51,332 nucleotides of DNA from a bacterium (GTDB lineage Bacteria > Patescibacteriota > Minisyncoccia > Moranbacterales > GWC2-37-73), in contig QKEW01000012.1 of the NCBI GenBank assembly GCA_003251635.1, positions 1 through 51,332 on the forward strand. The letters run 5' to 3'. Positions 45,871 through 51,332 of this stretch are shown piece by piece. Under the pieces are notes generated by a model. It was not told the origin of the DNA and searched no databases. It saw only the letters and a program-made list of their open reading frames with translations. Numbering within the stretch: position 1 is the first letter of the stretch; every line of letters begins with the position of its first letter. Both the position numbers and the translations under genes were made by a program.

Positions 45871-46962
45871 GGTCTCAGACTCTTTGTCCAAAACCCGGGC
45901 ATTTTCCACATCTTTGCGCGCAGCTGGCGAAAGGGAAGCAGAAACTTTCTTTAGGGCCATGGCATCAATTTTCAAAATTTCTTGCCATTTATCTAAGGGC
46001 TCCAAAATATCCCTGATTTGTTGCTGGTCATATTTATAGGTCTTTCGCAATGTTCTGGCGATGATACCTTTTTCGCCAAAAACTCTCTCCACGCCTTCTT
46101 GCTGCATATATTGTTGAATTTTTTCTTGCAGTTTGGCCATTTTCAGTTTCTCTCCGGAAATTTGATTTTTGGTTTCAATGTATTCATCAATAGCCTGGTT
46201 AATTTCCTGACTGTCAATTTTGCGCTCCTGCCGAAATTTGTGACGCCAAGCCGGACAGATTTTCTGGTAGCCGCACCAATCGCAAAGGGGATTAACATTG
46301 GGTGGGAAATTGCCTTTTTCAATTTCAGCGATCACTTCCAAAAAGAGGCTGCGTACTTTTTCCAATTGCTCTTGAGTGCGAGTGGAACTTAATTTCACTC
46401 CGTGTTTTAGATAATATAAACTAACTTTTATCTTATCGATATTTTCAATTTCTTTCGGATAACGCTTCAAAAAAGCTTGGAGATAAACTGAAAGCTGCAA
46501 ATCGTTGTCGACTTTTTCCTGTGAAGGCATTTTTTTGGTAGTTTTGTAGTCGATGATTTCATACCCATCTTCGGTTTTGTCGATCCGATCGATGATACCG
46601 GAAATTACGTGGTCACCAATTTCAATTTGAAAAGGACTTTCCAAGTCAACAATGATGAAATCAGCCGGATTGTTTTTTTGATAATATTTTTGAACCATGG
46701 AAACGCCCAATGAAAAGGCGGCGCGCTCTTCCAATTCGTCCTCAAAAATTTCACTATTCCAATTTTTAGAAAAATAATCCAAGGCTTGTTCGAGATTAGG
46801 CGCCACCAAAGCTGGGGTGTGAATAAAATTCAAAGTTGAGTGCAACAAAGTTCCAAAAATAGCCTCTTTGCTTTTAGGTTCTTTAACTTTATCAATATTT
46901 GAATATTTATATTTTAGCGGACAATTTTCAAAAGTCTGCAATGCTGAATAGGAAATTCTCAT
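45850..46962 (-). CDS. PD-(D/E)XK nuclease (RecB/AddB/Cas4-like, 4-Cys Fe-S) with C-terminal helical extension
   Basis: SYS...CPLKY, GTLLH, GIIDRID, IIDYKT, QLSVY and CDWCGYQKICP motifs. Confidence 0.88.
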   Translation of the reverse strand: MRISYSALQTFENCPLKYKYSNIDKVKEPKSKEAIFGTLLHSTLNFIHTPALVAPNLEQALDYFSKNWNSEIFEDELEERAAFSLGVSMVQKYYQKNNPADFIIVDLESPFQIEIGDHVISGIIDRIDKTEDGYEIIDYKTTKKMPSQEKVDNDLQLSVYLQAFLKRYPKEIENIDKIKVSLYYLKHGVKLSSTRTQEQLEKVRSLFLEVIAEIEKGNFPPNVNPLCDWCGYQKICPAWRHKFRQERKIDSQEINQAIDEYIETKNQISGEKLKMAKLQEKIQQYMQQEGVERVFGEKGIIARTLRKTYKYDQQQIRDILEPLDKWQEILKIDAMALKKVSASLSPAARKDVENARVLDKESETLTVKKK

Positions 46963-47037
46963 CTTATTTTATCGAATTGAAAAATTAAGCCTTTTTATTA
47001 TTTTAAATAATTTTGCACAAAAAGCCAAGTTTGGCTC

Positions 47038-47066
47038 TTGACTTGTTTGAATGGAAAAGTTAGAAT
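47038..47066 (+). promoter_or_regulatory. Sigma70 promoter of the isc operon
   Basis: TTGACT-17 bp-TAGAAT. Confidence 0.75.
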
Positions 47067-47068
47067 TA

Positions 47069-47092
47069 ATTCAGACTAATTTAGTAGGATTT
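47069..47092 (+). promoter_or_regulatory. Rrf2/IscR-type operator
   Basis: TCAGACTAA-T-TTAGTAGGA imperfect palindrome over the predicted start site, similar to the IscR type-1 core GACT..AGTC. Confidence 0.65.
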
Positions 47093-47100
47093 AGATTTTT

Positions 47101-47520
47101 ATGAAATTTTCCACCAAAGCAGGGTATGGTCTAAAAGCCATGATGAATTTGGCTGCTGATTTTCCCACCAAAAAAAATATTAAGGAAATTTCTCAAGAAG
47201 AACATATTTCCTCTAAATATTTAGAAAAATTAATGGGTATTTTAAAAAAGAATCAGTTGGTTCGCAGTGTTCAAGGACAGGGAGGCGGCTATTTTTTAGC
47301 CAAAAAGCCTGGACAAATAACCGCTGGGGAAATAGTGGAAATTCTAGATGGACCAATTGCGCCAATGAAATGCTCCAGTGCTAAATGCAAAATGGCTGAG
47401 CATTGCAGTGCAAGCTCTGTTTGGAGTGAATTAGAAAAAGAGATGAAAAAATTTCTCTATAAACAAACTTTGGAAAAACTAATTAAAAACAATCAAACAA
47501 AAAAATATGTCAGAAAATAA
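47101..47520 (+). CDS. Rrf2-family regulator (IscR-like)
   Basis: STKAGYGL, YLEKLM, SVQGQGGGY and three C-terminal Cys; heads iscS-iscU. Confidence 0.9.
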   Translation: MKFSTKAGYGLKAMMNLAADFPTKKNIKEISQEEHISSKYLEKLMGILKKNQLVRSVQGQGGGYFLAKKPGQITAGEIVEILDGPIAPMKCSSAKCKMAEHCSASSVWSELEKEMKKFLYKQTLEKLIKNNQTKKYVRK

Positions 47521-48733
47521 GAAAATATATTTAGATAATGCCGCTACTACCGCGACAGACCAAGAAGTTTTGCAAGAAATGCTACCTTATTTCAACGAGA
47601 AATTTGGAAATCCTATGTCAGTTCATAGTTTTGGTCAAGAAGCCATGGCCGCTGTCGATGAAGCGCGTGAAAAAGTGGCCAATTTTTTCCAGTGTTCACC
47701 TTTGGAGATCATTTTTACTTCTGGTGCCAGTGAGTCAAACAATTTATCCATCAAGGGTAGCGTCAGATCTTTTCAACTTAGTCACAAAGATAAGGATCAA
47801 AAACCTCATGTCATCACCAGTTCAATTGAGCATCACTGTGTTTTGGATACTTGCAAATCGTTGGAAAAAGATGATTTAGCTGAAGTTACTTTTTTGCCAG
47901 TCACTGAAAAAGGATTTATTAACTTGGGAAAACTAAAAGAAGCTATCCAGCCCAATACGATATTAATTTCAATTATGTATGTCAACAACGAAGTTGGCAC
48001 CATTCAGCCTATTGTTGAAATTGGAGAATTTTTGCAAAAACTTAATCAAGAAAGATTAGAGCAAAAACTACCAAAAATATTTTTTCACACTGATGCTACT
48101 CAAGCCCTTAATCATTTAGATTGCAACATTGATAAATTAGGAGTTGATCTTTTGTCTTTTTCTGGACACAAAATTTATGGACCAAAGGGAATTGGGGGAC
48201 TCTTTATTAGAAAAGGAACAGCTATTCGACGTATTCAAAGTGGTGGCGATCAAGAATTTAAATTGCGTGGAGGCACTCACAATGTTCCTGGAATTGTTGG
48301 GGTGGGCGCAGCTATTGAAAAGCTCTCGCAAGATCAAAATAAATCTGAAAAAATAATTGATTTGCAAAATTATTTAATCGAAAGGGTTTTAAAAGAAATT
48401 CCAAAAAGTAACCTAAATGGCTCCAGGGAAAATTTAGCCCCACACATTGTGAACTTTCGTTTTGATGGCGTGGAAGGCGAAAGTCTTCTGCTAGCTTTAG
48501 ACTTGGAAGGTATTGCAGTTTCAACTGGTTCAGCTTGTGCGGCCGGTGCCTTGGATCCATCTCATGTTTTATTGGCTATGGGACTTAAGCATGAACAGGC
48601 TCACAGCAGTCTCAGAGTTTCTTTGGGGAAAAATAATACTAAAGAAGAATTAGACGTGTTTGTCGAAAAACTTAAAAAAATCATCGAGAGACTTCGCCGG
48701 ATTTCTGGTGATGTTTTGAAGGATTTCCAATAA
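47507..48733 (+). CDS. iscS: Cysteine desulfurase
   Basis: YLDNAATT, FTSGASESNN, HTDATQ, SGHKIYGPKG and STGSAC motifs. Confidence 0.95.
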   Translation: MSENKKIYLDNAATTATDQEVLQEMLPYFNEKFGNPMSVHSFGQEAMAAVDEAREKVANFFQCSPLEIIFTSGASESNNLSIKGSVRSFQLSHKDKDQKPHVITSSIEHHCVLDTCKSLEKDDLAEVTFLPVTEKGFINLGKLKEAIQPNTILISIMYVNNEVGTIQPIVEIGEFLQKLNQERLEQKLPKIFFHTDATQALNHLDCNIDKLGVDLLSFSGHKIYGPKGIGGLFIRKGTAIRRIQSGGDQEFKLRGGTHNVPGIVGVGAAIEKLSQDQNKSEKIIDLQNYLIERVLKEIPKSNLNGSRENLAPHIVNFRFDGVEGESLLLALDLEGIAVSTGSACAAGALDPSHVLLAMGLKHEQAHSSLRVSLGKNNTKEELDVFVEKLKKIIERLRRISGDVLKDFQ

Positions 48734-48751
48734 ATATTTATCCAAAGTTTT

Positions 48752-49141
48752 ATGAAATATTCTAAAAAAGTTATTGAGCATTTCACTCGGCCGCACAATC
48801 AAGGCGCAATCGAGCAGGCTGATGGAATCGGCACGGTTGGCAATCCAAAATGTGGTGATATAATGAGAATATATTTAAAAATTAATCAAAATTCAAAAGG
48901 GCAGGAGGTGATTGAAGATATCAAGTTTGAAACTCTGGGGTGCGGCGCAGCTATTTCAACTTCATCAATGATGACTGACTTAGCCAAGGGCAAGACCCTG
49001 GAGGAAGCTTTGAAAATTACCAATGAAAAAGTGGCGGAAGAACTGGGAGGACTTCCAACACTGAAAATGCACTGTTCCAACCTCGCCGCCGATGCGCTCA
49101 AAAAGGCGATCGAAGATTACCAATTGAAAAATAAAAAATAG
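48752..49141 (+). CDS. iscU: Fe-S cluster scaffold
   Basis: GNPKCGD, GCGAAI and KMHCS motifs. Confidence 0.95.
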   Translation: MKYSKKVIEHFTRPHNQGAIEQADGIGTVGNPKCGDIMRIYLKINQNSKGQEVIEDIKFETLGCGAAISTSSMMTDLAKGKTLEEALKITNEKVAEELGGLPTLKMHCSNLAADALKKAIEDYQLKNKK

Positions 49142-49335
49142 TTTTTTTCAGTTCCTTTTTAAATAAAACAAGAGGGGATATTTTTTGCAAACATTAAACA
49201 TTAAACATTTTACAAAGGGGATTCATATTTTGAAGATAACCATATCCAATCATCGTGTTTGGTGGAAGTTTTTCAGAATCCATCCAATAACTGTCAATAA
49301 AGAATTGTCATCTTTAATTGATTATGTTTGCAATA

Positions 49336-49654
49336 ATCCTAGGTGTCCTAGGATAAAGCATCATTGGGTTATTAGCGCTAGTAGTGATCCCAGAAGAAAA
49401 TGCAAGCTATTGTTCAGAAGCAGGTAAGCAAAAAAGAAAATAAGCCGGATAACCTAAAGAGGTGCCGGCTTATTTCTATTAACAGGAATGTGGTTTTGGT
49501 ATATTTGCAACGTCGCACAATATATCTTTTGCGAACCAAAAAGGTTTGATTTCTAATGAATGAAAATAAACATCCCGTAGGAACCATGTTCCTACGGGAT
49601 TTAGAAAACATAAAGGAAGATTTTTATTTGTGTAGAACCTGAAATATTCTACAC
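49336..49654. other. Cluster of inverted repeats (candidate structured RNA/DNA)
   Basis: Stems at 49336-49354, 49438-49475, 49513-49534, 49572-49600 and 49630-49654. Confidence 0.55.
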
Positions 49655-49722
49655 CGTTGAAACTTTATTAAATCCATTACTACTTCTCCTTTAAAGGATT
49701 CTGAATCAAAAATGTTAGCCAT
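49624..49722 (-). CDS. Possible 32-aa peptide MANIFDSESFKGEVVMDLIKFQRCRIFQVLHK
   Basis: SD AGGAAGG; second in-frame ATG with AAGGAG; upstream TTGACT-17-TACAAA. May be the 5' end of a decayed gene. Confidence 0.35.
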   Translation of the reverse strand: MANIFDSESFKGEVVMDLIKFQRCRIFQVLHK

Positions 49723-49969
49723 AAAAAACCTTCCTTCCTTTTTGTATGGTTTTAAAATTGCTAATTTACTAACAAAATATAACTAAAAAGTAACTTTAAT
49801 TTGTAACATTTAACCATAAAAAAGTCAACCTTTAGGCAGGTATTATTTAATATTTATCCCTTATTTAAGCCAAAAAACAAGGCTAAAAATTGCGTTCTAA
49901 GCGATTTGAAATCTCTTTTGATACACCTATACCACTGAGATTTGGCAAAATTACTTTTCTAGAGAAAAC

Positions 49970-50007
49970 TAAAATTCCGCCCGACAATTTTGTCAGGCGG
50001 AATTTTA
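49970..50007 (-). terminator. Intrinsic terminator
   Basis: TAAAATTCCGCC..GACAA / TTGTC..GGCGGAATTTTA repeat. Confidence 0.8.
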
Positions 50008-50015
50008 TTAAACAG

Positions 50016-50852
50016 CTATGTTTTTTTGTTTTTTTTTAACCACTTCTGTATTTCGGTGCAGAGCGTTGCTAAACCCACTAGTAACATTAATTGTTGGCTT
50101 GGACTATCAACATTGTCAGAATTAAATTCCCAGAAGTTACGTGTGGGATCTTGAATATCCGAATCCAGAAATGATGGTGCCACTCCAACCGAACAGCCAG
50201 ATTGGCTGTATATTGAAAATCTTCTATCCAAATTGACTCTAATGTCAAAAGGAAATTTTCTCCCAAAAACACAACTCTGCACATACATCATTGATTTAAT
50301 TGTTTTTTGTCTAATTTCTGACTTTTTTCTACTTAAGCTTTTATCTTTATTATCTTCATTTAAAAAATGTAGGAATTGGACAAAAGGAGAAAAACAAAAA
50401 CCAGAAACACCAAATCCCTTGAGTCCGTTTTCAATTAAAGTATTAAAGGTCAGTATTTGACAATCTTTATTTTTATTTAGGACTTCATTGTCGCTAGAAA
50501 GCATTAAATAAAAGAACTTATCAAAAAGTACATGAAAAGTAGCTGAAATCGCAAAAATCTTACCCAAATCAACTTGACTGGGAATTTCAATTTCATATTC
50601 CCAATAAAGTTTTGTCTCTTTTGTTAAAATAAAAACTCCGTTGAATCCCAACTCCTTTTCTCCAAAACTGCCTTGAAAAAATTCAAATTCGTATTCCCTC
50701 ATTAGATAACTACATAAATCATCATAGTCAATTTTAAAAAGCAGAACATTTTTTCTGATTTTTAGTTTTAGATATTTATTCCTAGAGTTCCAGGTTAATA
50801 GATAAAACCAAGAAGTCAATCCTGTTTCCAAAAATTGATAGCGCTCTGCCAT
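50016..50852 (-). CDS. Hypothetical protein (Phe-rich ORFan)
   Basis: 278 aa; SD AAAGGTGA; has its own terminator. Confidence 0.7.
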   Translation of the reverse strand: MAERYQFLETGLTSWFYLLTWNSRNKYLKLKIRKNVLLFKIDYDDLCSYLMREYEFEFFQGSFGEKELGFNGVFILTKETKLYWEYEIEIPSQVDLGKIFAISATFHVLFDKFFYLMLSSDNEVLNKNKDCQILTFNTLIENGLKGFGVSGFCFSPFVQFLHFLNEDNKDKSLSRKKSEIRQKTIKSMMYVQSCVFGRKFPFDIRVNLDRRFSIYSQSGCSVGVAPSFLDSDIQDPTRNFWEFNSDNVDSPSQQLMLLVGLATLCTEIQKWLKKNKKT

Positions 50853-50972
50853 GTGTCGTCACCTTTCTTCTCTTATAGAAAATTTTTTGTTAAATAACTA
50901 GGGTACTAATTTATTTCACTTCCCTTTATGAAAGTAAAGAATTTTTGTGTCGCACAATCTAGTAATGCTCAC

Positions 50973-51332
50973 TTAATTATAGTCATTGTCCAATCTTTTG
51001 GCAAATAGCCTTGTTGCAATATTTTTGTCATAATAGTCACCTTGAATAGCTTTTTGCTTAAATCCAGCTTTTTCATACAATCTGAAACTTTCTTCAAGCT
51101 CAGATTGTCTTCCAGTCCAGAGTGTAATCCAGACAAGTCCCTGTTTTTTAGCTATTTGAATGATTTCTGAGATTAATTTTGAAGCTATACCGCTTCTTCT
51201 AAATTTTTTATTTACGTAAACATAGTCAATAATTATATTTCTAGGTTTACTATTTAAAGTCGAGGCATCCCTAGGAAAACTATACTTCAAATAACCAATC
51301 TGTTTTTTGTCCAGATGAGCAAGAATTTTCTT
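50973..51332 (-). CDS. GNAT-family acetyltransferase, 5'-truncated by the window edge
   Basis: VYVNKKFRRSGIASKLI (motif A) and LYEKAGF; the frame stays open to the window end. Confidence 0.88.
   Translation of the reverse strand, partial: KKILAHLDKKQIGYLKYSFPRDASTLNSKPRNIIIDYVYVNKKFRRSGIASKLISEIIQIAKKQGLVWITLWTGRQSELEESFRLYEKAGFKQKAIQGDYYDKNIATRLFAKRLDNDYN

Noticed and set aside
45850-46962. Cas4 / CRISPR system
   Set aside because: No cas1/cas2 and no repeat-spacer array in the window; the hairpin arrays do not share a repeated sequence.
49185-49611. 80-aa (+) and 65-aa (-) ORFs
   Set aside because: No recognisable motifs, implausible composition, and they cross the hairpin cluster.
1-51332. 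Alternative genetic code (TGA=Gly) and the many antisense or nested ORFs
   Set aside because: All core genes translate full-length in code 11; the short overlapping ORFs are shadows of confidently identified genes.

Overview
A 51-kb chromosomal segment with no CRISPR array, rRNA/tRNA or intact mobile element. It looks like a Candidate Phyla Radiation (Parcubacteria, possibly Moranbacteria-like) genome. That placement is inferred from the short AlaRS, archaeal-type PyrH, DUF4012, a VirD4-like ATPase with a CxxC-x17-CxxC module, a sigma4-HTH fusion and SD-less core genes. The backbone carries secD/secF, tyrS, pheST, mnmA, alaS, rplU, recR, dnaB, a sortase with an adjacent LPxTG protein, a surface-polysaccharide locus (Wzz-like, DUF4012, rmlCBD-glyA-rmlA, three GTs, galU), rplI, pyrG, rpmA, pyrH, an Fe-S PD-(D/E)XK nuclease and an Rrf2-iscS-iscU operon. 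The most unusual signal is a recurring class of ORFan cassettes with strong Shine-Dalgarno sites. Three have a sigma70 promoter followed 3 nt later by AAGTTA; two of these continue with a long G-U-rich hairpin and an rrn-type boxA. Some cassettes end in dense hairpin arrays, including a ~300-nt strand-specific structured RNA at 27.27-27.56 kb. Other highlights are a SecD with an apparently circularly permuted parvulin insert, a Met-rich protein after secF, a Cys/His insert in RmlD and a shared PxNLP motif. All calls come from reading the sequence; no searches were run.
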